DNA from: Alphaproteobacteria bacterium
Lineage (GTDB): Bacteria; Pseudomonadota; Alphaproteobacteria; JASGCL01
Reading direction: 5' to 3'
DNA length: 64,000 nucleotides
Assembly: GCA_051010635.1 (NCBI GenBank)
Contig: JBPCVJ010000022.1
Location: forward strand, 38,985-102,984
Position 1 is the stretch's first letter. Each line of letters starts with the position of its first letter. Both the position numbers and the translations under genes were made by a program. The notes below the pieces were generated by a model. It made no database searches. It saw only the letters and a list, made by a program, of their open reading frames with translations, and was not told the DNA's origin. Below, piece by piece: positions 10,968 through 21,150 of the stretch.

Positions 10968-12731
10968 ATGACTTCCCCTACCCCCAATGTTTTTGCCGAA
11001 ATGCGTGCAAAAATAAAAACCATTATTGCGGGTGTTTATCGACTGGATGAAAACACCATTCCCATTTTTCAAATTGAACGACCCAAAAACAAAAATGGCG
11101 AAAATGATTATGGCGATCTAGCCTCTAATGTGGCGATGGTGCTGACAAAATTTTTATCCGACCAACCCAAAAACATTGCCGAAAAAATTATAAGCGAATT
11201 ACAAAAAGATCCAGCGGTCAAATATGCCGTGTGTGCGGGGGCAGGATTTATCAATATTGTTTTGACAGATAATTATTGGCAAAATTTATTACAAAATATC
11301 CATCAAGCGGCCGATGATTATGGCAAGGGTAGCCTTAAACAGGAAGTGGTTAATGTAGAATTTGTCTCAGCCAACCCAACTGGTCCTCTGCATGTAGGTC
11401 ATGCAAGGGGTGCGGTGGTAGGGGATGTATTATGTAGATTATTGCGGTTTGCTGGTTTTAAGGTCACTGCCGAATATTATATCAATGATGCGGGAGTGCA
11501 AATTGATAAATTGGCACGATCTTTTTATTTTCGTTACCAACAGGCAAGCGGGGAGATAGATGAAGAAAAAATCCCACCCGATGATTATTACCCTGGCCAT
11601 TATCTTATAGAACCTGCCAATGAATTATATCAAACCATCGGTGATAAATATAAAAAAGCAAACGAGTCAATATGGTTAGATTTTTTTAAAAACTATGCGA
11701 TTAAAAAAATGATGCAGGAGATAAAAAAAGATTTAGCCGATATGAATATCAAGCATGATGTTTTTTCATCAGAAAAGAAATTGGTCACCAGCGGGCGAGT
11801 CAAACAGGTTTTACAGGAATTAGAAAAAGAAAATAAAATTTATGAAGGGGTGCTGGAAAAACCAAAAGGTAAAATGGTGGAAGATTGGGAACCCCGCCCC
11901 CAAAAATTATTTCGTAGTAGCCAAGATGGCGATGAAACCGATAGACCGATTCAAAAATCCGATGGCAGTTTTACCTATTTCGCCAATGATATTGCCTATC
12001 ATTTGGATAAATTTCAACGCGGCGCAACCAGATTGATAAATGTGCTGGGTGCCGACCATGGCGGTTATATCAAACGCATTTCATCGGCAACCCATGCGGT
12101 TTCGCACGGTAAGGCGCGGCTGGATTATCTGTTGATGCAGGTGGTGCGGTTTATGGAAAATGGCGTGCCATTAAAAATGTCAAAACGCTCGGGTAATTTT
12201 ATTATGTTGCGTGATGTGGTGGCAGAGGTTGGTGCCGATGCTTTGCGTATTTTTTTATTGTCGCGTCGCCCCGATAGTCAAATGGATTTTGATTATGAAG
12301 AGGTTAAGGCAACTAGGCGAGAAAACCCTGTGTTTTATTTACATTATGGCTATGCCCGTGCCCATTCGCTGATGAAAATGATTGATAAACAATTTACAAA
12401 CCTATCCCCCGATTTTTCTGATAAAGCCATAAAACGCATCACCCATCGCTTAGAATTGTCGCTGATAAAAAAAATTGCCGAATTTCCCCATATCGTGGAA
12501 ACCTCAGCCAAGCTTGCCGAACCACACCGAATCGTGTTCTACTTAGACGATTTGGCAGCTTGTTTTCATCAATTATGGACAGCGGGTCGCAATGATGAAG
12601 GTTTAAAATTTCTACAAGGCGATGATAAACAGCTTACCGCGGCAAAGCTTTCATTGGTTAAGGTATTTTGCCAAGTTATGAATATCTGTGGTAATATCAT
12701 GGCAATAGAATGGAAAAAGGAATTATTATAA
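10968..12731 (+). CDS. argS: arginine--tRNA ligase
   Basis: EFVSANPTGPLHVGHARG, GADHGGY, KMSKRSG. Confidence 0.97.
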   Translation: MTSPTPNVFAEMRAKIKTIIAGVYRLDENTIPIFQIERPKNKNGENDYGDLASNVAMVLTKFLSDQPKNIAEKIISELQKDPAVKYAVCAGAGFINIVLTDNYWQNLLQNIHQAADDYGKGSLKQEVVNVEFVSANPTGPLHVGHARGAVVGDVLCRLLRFAGFKVTAEYYINDAGVQIDKLARSFYFRYQQASGEIDEEKIPPDDYYPGHYLIEPANELYQTIGDKYKKANESIWLDFFKNYAIKKMMQEIKKDLADMNIKHDVFSSEKKLVTSGRVKQVLQELEKENKIYEGVLEKPKGKMVEDWEPRPQKLFRSSQDGDETDRPIQKSDGSFTYFANDIAYHLDKFQRGATRLINVLGADHGGYIKRISSATHAVSHGKARLDYLLMQVVRFMENGVPLKMSKRSGNFIMLRDVVAEVGADALRIFLLSRRPDSQMDFDYEEVKATRRENPVFYLHYGYARAHSLMKMIDKQFTNLSPDFSDKAIKRITHRLELSLIKKIAEFPHIVETSAKLAEPHRIVFYLDDLAACFHQLWTAGRNDEGLKFLQGDDKQLTAAKLSLVKVFCQVMNICGNIMAIEWKKELL

Positions 12732-12741
12732 AGGATAAAAA

Positions 12742-13521
12742 ATGAGTGGCGATATTTTGGATAAAGGTTCAACTGGGCGGCGCATCATTGTGCTTTTGAC
12801 CCTGCTATTATTATTGATTAGTGCTTTGATATTTTTATTTAATAGTGCCAGTTTTTTTTCTGACAAACCATCATCGCCCATAGTGATAAGCCCCGATGGT
12901 GATGTAAAAACCTTCCCCGATAATGATGATGCAGATGGCAAAATGCCCACCGCCAAAGTATATGATATGTTAGAAAAACTTCCCCCGAATGGAAAAACAT
13001 CCGTTTCGGTAAAGGATATTGTTGCCAATGATGGCAAAGTGCCAAAGACCCAAACCATAGGCGATAAATTAAAATCCAAACCATCAGCCAATAAAGCGGA
13101 AAATAAAACACCCACTTCGGTTGCCGATTTGGTCAAAACCAATGATAAGAAAAAAATTGCTGCCAGCGGCAAGAAAAAAACCGAACCCGCTACCAGCGAT
13201 AAGAAAAAAACCGAAACGGCTGCCAGCGATACAAAAAAAATTGCCACCGCATCAACCACCATCTATAGTTTGCAAATCGCATCCTTCACCGATGAAATAA
13301 CTGCAACAAAATTCTTAAATAGTCTTAAGCCACGCATTGAAAAAATTATCACCCAAAAAAATATCCGCTATCGTATCGCCCAAGGGCGCCTTAGCAATGG
13401 GCAACAGGTTTTTCGCCCGCAAATAACTGGTTTTCAAAAACGCAACGAAGCGGTCAAGGCGTGCCAACAAATAAAATCGCGTCTGTCACGGGTGGATTGT
13501 TTGGTGCTGAAATCTTCTTAA
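12742..13521 (+). CDS. SPOR-domain cell division protein (FtsN-like)
   Basis: N-terminal TM, K/T/A-rich linker, C-terminal SPOR (LQIASF...AVKACQQIK...CLV); conserved position between argS and nagZ. Confidence 0.85.
   Translation: MSGDILDKGSTGRRIIVLLTLLLLLISALIFLFNSASFFSDKPSSPIVISPDGDVKTFPDNDDADGKMPTAKVYDMLEKLPPNGKTSVSVKDIVANDGKVPKTQTIGDKLKSKPSANKAENKTPTSVADLVKTNDKKKIAASGKKKTEPATSDKKKTETAASDTKKIATASTTIYSLQIASFTDEITATKFLNSLKPRIEKIITQKNIRYRIAQGRLSNGQQVFRPQITGFQKRNEAVKACQQIKSRLSRVDCLVLKSS
13147..13250 (+). repeat. 30-bp coding tandem repeat in the SPOR linker
   Basis: Units 13171-13200 and 13201-13230 encode KKKTEPATSD and KKKTETAASD, with degenerate flanking copies. Confidence 0.8.
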
Positions 13522-13546
13522 AAAAAATTCACACCAACAATTTTTT

Positions 13547-14638
13547 ATGGTTGCTTCATCTTTTTTTTCATCGCCCCTGCCCTTCATAGTCGGGTTGGCA
13601 GGAAAAACTATCAGCCCTGAAGAAAAAAAATTTTTTTCTACTTATCCGCCTTTTGGCTTTATTTTGTTTGAACGCAATATCGCATCACACCAACAATTAA
13701 AATCCCTCACCCATCAATTAAAAAATTGGGGGCAAGAACATCTTGGCAATGATATATTCATATTCATTGACCAAGAGGGCGGTCGGGTGCGCCGCCTAAA
13801 ACCGCCTTTGGTATATGATGCACCATCAATGATACATTTCAATCAATGCTACCAACACAACCCTGAAAATGGCAAAAAGGCAATAAAATTATATGGTGCA
13901 TTGCAAGGTGCAGAATTACAAAATTTGGGTATCAATGTTAATTGCGCACCCGTTTTGGATATATATTTTGCCAAGGCTCATGATATTATTGGCGATCGTG
14001 CATTGAGTAATAACCATGAAGATATTATCACCCTTGCCGATAATTATCTTTATGGTTTAAACGAAAGCGGTGTTTTATCGGTAATGAAACATATCCCAGG
14101 TCATGGGCGGGCTATGGTTGATAGCCACCATGATTTGCCGTCTATCAAAACCGATAGGGCGATATTGGAAAAAAGCGATTTTATGCCATTTCGCCATTTT
14201 GCCAAAACCATTCCCTTTGCCATGACCGCCCATATGGTTTATGAAAATTGGGATAACACACCAGCCACCCTATCAAAAACCATCATCAAAAATGTCATCA
14301 GAGACCATATCGGGTTTAACGGCTTATTGATAACCGATGACCTATCAATGAAAGCCTTGAGTGGCGATATGGCGGAGCGTGGGCGGGCGGCATTGCTGGC
14401 GGGTTGCGATATTTTGCTCCATTGCAATGGCAGGCTAGATGAAATGAAAAAATTGGCACAAATGCTCATGGATATATTTGATGAAAAAAAACAAATGGCT
14501 TTCAAAAAATCCTATCAAAATATTGCGAATCTCTATAAACTCAAAAAAGAAAAAATGCGACAATTAGATGAAAAAAAACAGGCAGATGATTACAAAACCA
14601 TAACCAGATTATTATCATGCGATACAAAAACCAAATAA
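13547..14638 (+). CDS. nagZ: beta-N-acetylhexosaminidase
   Basis: IDQEGGRV, KHIPGHG...DSH, MTAH, TDDLSM. Confidence 0.95.
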   Translation: MVASSFFSSPLPFIVGLAGKTISPEEKKFFSTYPPFGFILFERNIASHQQLKSLTHQLKNWGQEHLGNDIFIFIDQEGGRVRRLKPPLVYDAPSMIHFNQCYQHNPENGKKAIKLYGALQGAELQNLGINVNCAPVLDIYFAKAHDIIGDRALSNNHEDIITLADNYLYGLNESGVLSVMKHIPGHGRAMVDSHHDLPSIKTDRAILEKSDFMPFRHFAKTIPFAMTAHMVYENWDNTPATLSKTIIKNVIRDHIGFNGLLITDDLSMKALSGDMAERGRAALLAGCDILLHCNGRLDEMKKLAQMLMDIFDEKKQMAFKKSYQNIANLYKLKKEKMRQLDEKKQADDYKTITRLLSCDTKTK

Positions 14639-14648
14639 AATTATCCCC

Positions 14649-15536
14649 ATGACCGAGAATATCATAAAAACCGATTTGGCAAAAACACCAAAAACCATGA
14701 CGGGGGAGGAGGCTTTTGCTACCGATAAAATAACCAAGCTTGACCCCAAGCGTGATGAAGATGCGGTATTAAATGTTAGTTTAGAAAATTATGAAGGTCC
14801 GCTGGAATTATTGCTTGATTTGGCACGCAACCAAAAAGTTGATTTGAAAGAAATATCCCTATCGCTATTGGTCGATCAATATATTGCCTTCATTGAAAAA
14901 ATAAAAAAAAATCATATTGATATCGCCGCCGAATATTTGGTGATGGCATCATGGCTTGCCTTGTTAAAAGCAAAATTATTATTGCCCGAGCCGCAAACAG
15001 ATGGCGATGAACCGCCCGAAGCCATGGTGGCACGCCGTGCGCTTTTGATGTTAGATGCGATGCGGCAAAAATCTATCGAGCTTTTTCAACGCCATCGCTA
15101 TGGGGTTGATTTTTTCCTAAAAGGTATGGTTGAAGATTTGCCCGAAGAGGTTGAGGTAAGGTGGGAATGCGATATCAATAAATTAATCGCCGCCTATGCC
15201 GCGGCACATAACACCAAACCCATCAAGCAACTTAATATCTTGCCAACCAAACTAACATCCCCCGAAGTGGCAATAGAAAAATTACGCCATGCTTTGCCAT
15301 TCTTAAAAGATTGGACGGTGCTAGAAAAATTTATTGGTCAATTATTTGAAAAAGGCTTTGATAACAGATTGCAATGGCGTGCCTCTTTGGCTTCAAGTTT
15401 TTTTGCCAGTTTGGAATTGGCACGCATCGGTTTGATAGAAATTCGCCAAGGCGGTATTTTTGAAAATTTAGAGATACGCCAAAAAATACCTGATAACACC
15501 ATAAGCAAGGATAATATCAAATATGGCAAAAAATAA
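14649..15536 (+). CDS. scpA: segregation and condensation protein A
   Basis: YEGPLELLLDLAR, AAEYLVMASWLA, FFASLELAR. Confidence 0.93.
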   Translation: MTENIIKTDLAKTPKTMTGEEAFATDKITKLDPKRDEDAVLNVSLENYEGPLELLLDLARNQKVDLKEISLSLLVDQYIAFIEKIKKNHIDIAAEYLVMASWLALLKAKLLLPEPQTDGDEPPEAMVARRALLMLDAMRQKSIELFQRHRYGVDFFLKGMVEDLPEEVEVRWECDINKLIAAYAAAHNTKPIKQLNILPTKLTSPEVAIEKLRHALPFLKDWTVLEKFIGQLFEKGFDNRLQWRASLASSFFASLELARIGLIEIRQGGIFENLEIRQKIPDNTISKDNIKYGKK

Positions 15537-16314
15537 AACCCAAGAAAAAACACCAAATAAAAATTCTGATTTGGTTATCGTGCCACATCGCATTGTTGAG
15601 GCGGCGATATTTGCCGCCGCCGCACCCATAAGCAAAAAATCACTCATCGCCATATTACCCAAAAAACCAACATTTGATATTGATAAAATTTTACTTGATT
15701 TGAAAAAAAATAACCAATCGCGTGGTGTAGAATTGATGGAAAGCAAGGAAGGTTTTTATTTTCGCACTGCCCCCGACCTTGCACCTTATTTGACACAATT
15801 TCGTGTTGAATTAAAAAAATTATCTCGTGCCGCTATGGAGGCATTGGCGGTGATAGCCTATCACCAACCTGTTAGCCGTGCCGAAATTGAAACCATTCGT
15901 GGCGTTGCCATTTCAAAAGGCACTTTGGATATTTTATTTGATACTGGCTGGATAAAATTTAAGGGGCGACGCAAAACCATCGGCAACCCCATCACGCTTG
16001 GCACCACCGATAAATTTTTAATTGATTTTGATTTACCATCATTGCAAGATTTACCCGGGGTTGAAGAATTAAAAGAAATGGGGTTATTGCATCTGGGGCA
16101 TGATTTATCATCTATCGGTGTCGATGAACAAGAAGAATTGTCGCCCGATGAACAGGTAGATATGTTGCAATCATCGCTGGATAATATTCTTAATCAAACA
16201 CCAGCCCATGATGATGAAAAAGAATTATTGATGGATGAACCTATTGATGATGCGGTGGATAATGTTGCTAATGGTAAAAAAATACCATCTAGCAAAATAC
16301 AAAAAAAGAAATAA
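15523..16314 (+). CDS. scpB: segregation and condensation protein B
   Basis: LSRAAMEALAVIAYHQPVSRAEIETIRGV, TTDKFL. Confidence 0.95.
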   Translation: MAKNKTQEKTPNKNSDLVIVPHRIVEAAIFAAAAPISKKSLIAILPKKPTFDIDKILLDLKKNNQSRGVELMESKEGFYFRTAPDLAPYLTQFRVELKKLSRAAMEALAVIAYHQPVSRAEIETIRGVAISKGTLDILFDTGWIKFKGRRKTIGNPITLGTTDKFLIDFDLPSLQDLPGVEELKEMGLLHLGHDLSSIGVDEQEELSPDEQVDMLQSSLDNILNQTPAHDDEKELLMDEPIDDAVDNVANGKKIPSSKIQKKK

Positions 16315-16349
16315 TTTTTTTTATAAGCATAGTTTGCTATAAAAAAAAT

Positions 16350-17090
16350 ATGGTTGCCTTAAGTGTGAATATCAATAAAGTGGCGTGGCTACGCAACAGC
16401 CGTGATGGCGATATTCCATCGCCGATCGCCGCTATGAAAGAAATTATTGCTTCGGGCGCAGATGGCATCACCATCCACCCCCGCCCCGATGAAAGGCATA
16501 TCACCCATGCCGACACACTATCTATTGCCAATGAATGGCGACAAACAAAAAATATTGAACTTAATATCGAAGGTTTCCCCGATGACCGCTGGTTGGCTTT
16601 GTTAGAAAATATAAAACCCAATCAAGCAACCCTAGTGCCCGACAGCCCGACACAAAAAACATCCGACCATGGTTATCGTTTAGCCCATCAGATGACTGCC
16701 ATGACCCAATTGGTTAAAAAAATAAAATCCTTTGCTGGCATCAGGGTGGCTATTTTTATTGATGGTGATGGCAATGGTGATGAAATAAAAAGGGTGCGTG
16801 ATATTGGCGCCGATAGGGTAGAATTTTATACCGGACCATATGCACATGCCTTTGCCAAAAAAAAAGGCGACGCCATATTGCAAAACTATGTGGCAAACAG
16901 CCAAACAGCGATCAATTGCCATTTGGGCATCAATGCTGGGCATGATTTGAATCTAAATAATTTGCCAGATTTGGTAAGGGCGCTACCACAACTTGATGAG
17001 GTTTCTATCGGTCATGCCTTGATAGCCGATGCCTTATGGTTTGGTTTTAACCATACCATAAAAAAATATCAAAACGCCATAGCAAAATAA
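16350..17090 (+). CDS. pdxJ: pyridoxine 5'-phosphate synthase
   Basis: LSVNINKVAWLRNSR, HPRPDERHI, NAGHDL, IGHALI. Confidence 0.96.
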   Translation: MVALSVNINKVAWLRNSRDGDIPSPIAAMKEIIASGADGITIHPRPDERHITHADTLSIANEWRQTKNIELNIEGFPDDRWLALLENIKPNQATLVPDSPTQKTSDHGYRLAHQMTAMTQLVKKIKSFAGIRVAIFIDGDGNGDEIKRVRDIGADRVEFYTGPYAHAFAKKKGDAILQNYVANSQTAINCHLGINAGHDLNLNNLPDLVRALPQLDEVSIGHALIADALWFGFNHTIKKYQNAIAK

Positions 17091-17093
17091 AAA

Positions 17094-17744
17094 ATGGTTG
17101 TAGCCTTGCCCCTTTTAAAACCGCTTTTATCTTTTGATACAGCGGGGCATAGATTATCGGTTGGTTTGGCGGTAGATAAAAACATCATCACCAACCAAGA
17201 AACCATCACCCATAGCCATAGCGATATATTATTGCCGATGATAAAAAAAACCATCAACATGGCTGATATAAAAATAAATGATATAAAAACAATTTTAATC
17301 ACTTTAGGACCAGGTTCTTTTACCGGTATAAGGGTGGGGATAGCGGCGGCGATGGGTTTGGGGTTTGCCACCAATATCAATTTATATGGTATTGATAATT
17401 TATCGGCACGAGCACTGGGGCATTTGCAGCATCACGCTTATTATGAAGACAAAAATTTTTTGGTGCTTGCCGATAGTCGCCGTGATGAGATATTTTATCA
17501 ACGCTATCTATTTTCCATCGCACAAAAAAAAATGATACCCCTAATGCCAGATATTGATATGGCAAGCAAAGATATATTATTAAAAAAATATAAAAATGAT
17601 GAAGTGCTGACAGGCGATGTGGTTATGGCTGATATGTTAGGGGTTTTATTATCACAGGATAAACATTATGGTGCTGGTGATTTTATCAGCGATCATCTAT
17701 CGCCATTATATGGGCGCAAACCCGATGTAATAAAAATGCGATAA
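17094..17744 (+). CDS. tsaB: t6A biosynthesis protein TsaB
   Basis: FDTA, HSDILLPMI, GPGSFTGIRVG, DSRRDEIF. Confidence 0.92.
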   Translation: MVVALPLLKPLLSFDTAGHRLSVGLAVDKNIITNQETITHSHSDILLPMIKKTINMADIKINDIKTILITLGPGSFTGIRVGIAAAMGLGFATNINLYGIDNLSARALGHLQHHAYYEDKNFLVLADSRRDEIFYQRYLFSIAQKKMIPLMPDIDMASKDILLKKYKNDEVLTGDVVMADMLGVLLSQDKHYGAGDFISDHLSPLYGRKPDVIKMR

Positions 17745-17760
17745 AGATGGAGTTATTTTT

Positions 17761-18732
17761 TTATAATGACGCACTATAAGGTAAAGATTTAATATAATTT
17801 TCCATAAATTGCCAATCGGGTTCGCCATTTTTTAAAGATGGTAAGCTAATTTTCTCATTTAAAAAATTATAAAATCTCAATTGCCTACCAAAACTAAATT
17901 TATATTTTAATCTATCTAAAATAGATAAAAGGAAAATACTAGAATACTTATTTTGTGAATGTTTGGGAAGCAATGTAAAAACATTATCGTCAGCAAAATA
18001 TCTATAGGGATGATAAAAGCAATTACCAAACATATCTATTGTTATTTTATCAAAATAACATTTTTTTTCATTTTTAAAATCCTCAAAAGAAATACACTCT
18101 GCAGCACCATTATTTAATGATTTTGCAGTTAATAATGGAATATTTTCATCACTTTGATATCTATTAGGTTTTGTTAATCTCTCTCCATGAACCACATTAA
18201 ATAATTCTTTTATGACAAAAGTTTTCCATTGGGTTGCATATAAATTAATTTTATTTCCAATCATCTTATTATCTTTAGGCATAGATGGCATAGTTGCATT
18301 TTTTACATAATCAGGGATATTATTCACATCAGGCACTTTAAGATAAGGCAAGGTTTTGTTTAATTGTCTACCATAATTATATCTATATGCATTGCTTTTT
18401 ATTATTAAACAATAAAACAACATTTCTTTAACAGACATCTTTTTATTTTTTGGCGATAAAATAAAAACATGAAAACCGCTATAATATTCATAAGGATGAT
18501 AAAAACTAGAACAAACTGAAGAACCACTTGCGGCTACAGAAATAGTATTGGCAGGATTGATAGCCTGTCCTTCAATTTTTTCAACAAAAGCAATAACACC
18601 ATTATTCTTTCCCGTTCGTGAAACAAAAGGGATGCCATTTTTTACAATATCGCAATTAATTAATTCAAGGCTAACCCCATAGTCTATATCAAATATTTCT
18701 TTTAATTCTATATTATCTTGTAATGGCTTCAT
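17761..18732 (-). CDS. specificity (S) subunit of a BcgI-like Type IIB R-M system
   Basis: Two TRD-like halves (PFVSRTGKNNG / PLLTAKSLNNG; YNYGRQ / FSFGRQ) and C-terminal PDWQFMENYIKSLPYS; 5 bp downstream of the RM subunit. Confidence 0.8.
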   Translation of the reverse strand: MKPLQDNIELKEIFDIDYGVSLELINCDIVKNGIPFVSRTGKNNGVIAFVEKIEGQAINPANTISVAASGSSVCSSFYHPYEYYSGFHVFILSPKNKKMSVKEMLFYCLIIKSNAYRYNYGRQLNKTLPYLKVPDVNNIPDYVKNATMPSMPKDNKMIGNKINLYATQWKTFVIKELFNVVHGERLTKPNRYQSDENIPLLTAKSLNNGAAECISFEDFKNEKKCYFDKITIDMFGNCFYHPYRYFADDNVFTLLPKHSQNKYSSIFLLSILDRLKYKFSFGRQLRFYNFLNEKISLPSLKNGEPDWQFMENYIKSLPYSASL

Positions 18733-18737
18733 GGTAT

Positions 18738-20561
18738 CTATTCCTTAAGAAATTGAAAGGCTACATAATTTTTTAAAACTTTCTCAAAATCCTTGTCTGT
18801 TAATTGGGAATAATCGGTTTCCATATAGGCTTCGGCACACCATTCATCTTTATAGGTTATTTCCTTTTTAATAGATAACCCAGCAATTTCGATTAAATTT
18901 TGATAACTAGATAACCATTTGTTTCTAATAGTATTCCATCTATTCTTAACATCTATTCTACCTTTATGTTTTCTTTTTTCATAACCATCTTCTTTAAAAT
19001 AACCAAACCATGTAGGGCGACCCTGATTAGGAATGTTAGATTGAAAAACCATAATGATTGTTATCACACCCACAGGATAAAAAAGTTCATTGGGCATAGA
19101 TAATGCCGCCTTAAGATGATGTTGCCCCAAAATAGATTTTTTTATAGATAATAATTCTGTTTCTTTTTTAGTGGCACAACTCATTTGTAAAATAGCTATT
19201 ACGATTCCATTTTGCGGTCTTACAATATCAAGTGCGTGTTCAACAAATTTCATTTGATCTACATTGCCTTTATCATAAGGGGGATTTAAAAAAGCTATAT
19301 TAGGTTTATGATTTTTTTTAATATCATTGGCAACATTAAAACAATCGCCATAATAAATATTTGACTTACCATCACCACGCATTATCATATTTGAACAGGC
19401 ATATGTAAACATTTCAGGTCGTTTTTCCACACCAATTAGTTGTTCGTTTTTTATTTTATTTCGTTTGATATTATCTGCCGAAGCCAAACCTAACATATAT
19501 TTCATAGCAGAAACCAAAAAGCCACCAGTGCCACAGCAGGGGTCATAAATAATACTTTCTTTGGTTATATTTGCCAAATCACAAAAGAAATTTGTAATAT
19601 GGGATGGGGTTAAAACCAACCCTTGCGATGCTTGATCGCCAGCATAACGAACAAATTCTCTATAAAATCTTCCCAAAATATCAAACCCCATATCTTCCAT
19701 TTCGGCTAAAGGATAAATATTTTTATGTAAATATTTTATAATTTCTTTTGCAACTTCAATAGATTGACGATTTTCAAATTGGTTTTGATTAAATAATGGT
19801 TGATTAAGAATCGTTTTATATTCATTTATCATTGCATCTACATTTCTAACTTTTGCCTTATCCAACTCCCTTTCAGTAGCTTGTAATAAAAATTTTGATA
19901 AATGAGTGGTGTTGCTTTGTGATTCATACCCTCTGCGAAAAGCATCATCCATTAAAGAAACCAAAATAGCACTAACCATAGTGCAACGATGAAGCTCTGT
20001 GATAGAATAATTTTGAAATTGTTTATTAAGCACAACAGCTTTTTCTACAATATCAGTCGTAATTAAATTGTCTAAAAATTCTTTTTCTCTAAATAATTTT
20101 GAATAATCATAAATAGTTAATAAATCCTTATTTTTTATTTCCTCATAAGGTGCATTTTTATAAAATAAAAAATTAGCAATATCTAAATCATCATTATGAC
20201 TACCACTAACAGCAATGGCAATAACATTAAATTCTTTGGATAAGGATTTTGCATAATGCAAAGCACCATCAACTGCAAAATTCGCTGGGTCATTTCTATT
20301 TTTGCTTTCATGTGCCTTTCTTGATGCTTTGCATTCAACAATAATTAAACAATTAGAATTCCCATCAGGAAATGAAATAATAAATTCAGGATAACCATGC
20401 CCTGCCCCGCTTTTAGAAGCATTTTTTAACAAATTAGCAATATGAATATTGTTAGATTTTTGTTCCTCTATTTTAATACGACTACTTAGCGGGTCATTCT
20501 TAAAACGATCTCTAACTATGCCTTCTGTAATTCTTTCATTCATAGATTTATTCCTTATCAT
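18738..20561 (-). CDS. fused endonuclease-N6-methyltransferase (BcgIA-like, Type IIB)
   Basis: N-terminal YPE...VECK nuclease, DPCCGTGGFL (motif I), NPPY (motif IV), C-terminal EWCAEAYMETDYS. Confidence 0.85.
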   Translation of the reverse strand: MIRNKSMNERITEGIVRDRFKNDPLSSRIKIEEQKSNNIHIANLLKNASKSGAGHGYPEFIISFPDGNSNCLIIVECKASRKAHESKNRNDPANFAVDGALHYAKSLSKEFNVIAIAVSGSHNDDLDIANFLFYKNAPYEEIKNKDLLTIYDYSKLFREKEFLDNLITTDIVEKAVVLNKQFQNYSITELHRCTMVSAILVSLMDDAFRRGYESQSNTTHLSKFLLQATERELDKAKVRNVDAMINEYKTILNQPLFNQNQFENRQSIEVAKEIIKYLHKNIYPLAEMEDMGFDILGRFYREFVRYAGDQASQGLVLTPSHITNFFCDLANITKESIIYDPCCGTGGFLVSAMKYMLGLASADNIKRNKIKNEQLIGVEKRPEMFTYACSNMIMRGDGKSNIYYGDCFNVANDIKKNHKPNIAFLNPPYDKGNVDQMKFVEHALDIVRPQNGIVIAILQMSCATKKETELLSIKKSILGQHHLKAALSMPNELFYPVGVITIIMVFQSNIPNQGRPTWFGYFKEDGYEKRKHKGRIDVKNRWNTIRNKWLSSYQNLIEIAGLSIKKEITYKDEWCAEAYMETDYSQLTDKDFEKVLKNYVAFQFLKE

Positions 20562-20629
20562 CTATTAAATTTTCAAAAAAGATAGCGGTGTTCGCTAATC
20601 AATGCAAATATATTTTATGACACAATAAC

Positions 20630-21130
20630 CTATGACAAAAACTCATCAACGATAAAAATAATTTTTTTAACCCTATCAATTTTAAGCATAGCAAAATCTT
20701 GAAAGGGCAAAAAATATTCAGCCTTTTTTGTATCATGAATAACCAAAATATCACCCGCCCCATAATTAACAAACCCTGCCACTTGACCAATGTTTTTTTT
20801 ATCTTTACCCACAACGGCAAACCCCAGCAGATCATGTTGATAATGCTGTTTTGGCGATAATGATGGCAAACATTGTCGGTTGATAAAAATATTATGATGC
20901 AAAATTTTTTCCACCGCATCGCGATTATCATAACCTTGCCATTTGGTCAAAAACCCACGATGCACCGCACGCCAATTTTCTATCACCATCACCTGCCCAT
21001 TTTTATCTTGCAATGGTTTTAAATCAAAAATAGCCATCGGCGGTTCGCTATAACTATAAAAATAACATTCGCCCTTTAACCCATGTGGTTTGCCGATGCA
21101 CCCCATCAACACAAGATTTTTCACCACCAT
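20630..21130 (-). CDS. rimM: ribosome maturation factor RimM
   Basis: IGKPHGLKGE, YQHDLLG, NYGAGDIL. Confidence 0.93.
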   Translation of the reverse strand: MVVKNLVLMGCIGKPHGLKGECYFYSYSEPPMAIFDLKPLQDKNGQVMVIENWRAVHRGFLTKWQGYDNRDAVEKILHHNIFINRQCLPSLSPKQHYQHDLLGFAVVGKDKKNIGQVAGFVNYGAGDILVIHDTKKAEYFLPFQDFAMLKIDRVKKIIFIVDEFLS

Positions 21131-21150
21131 TTTTTATAGGCTATCATCAA

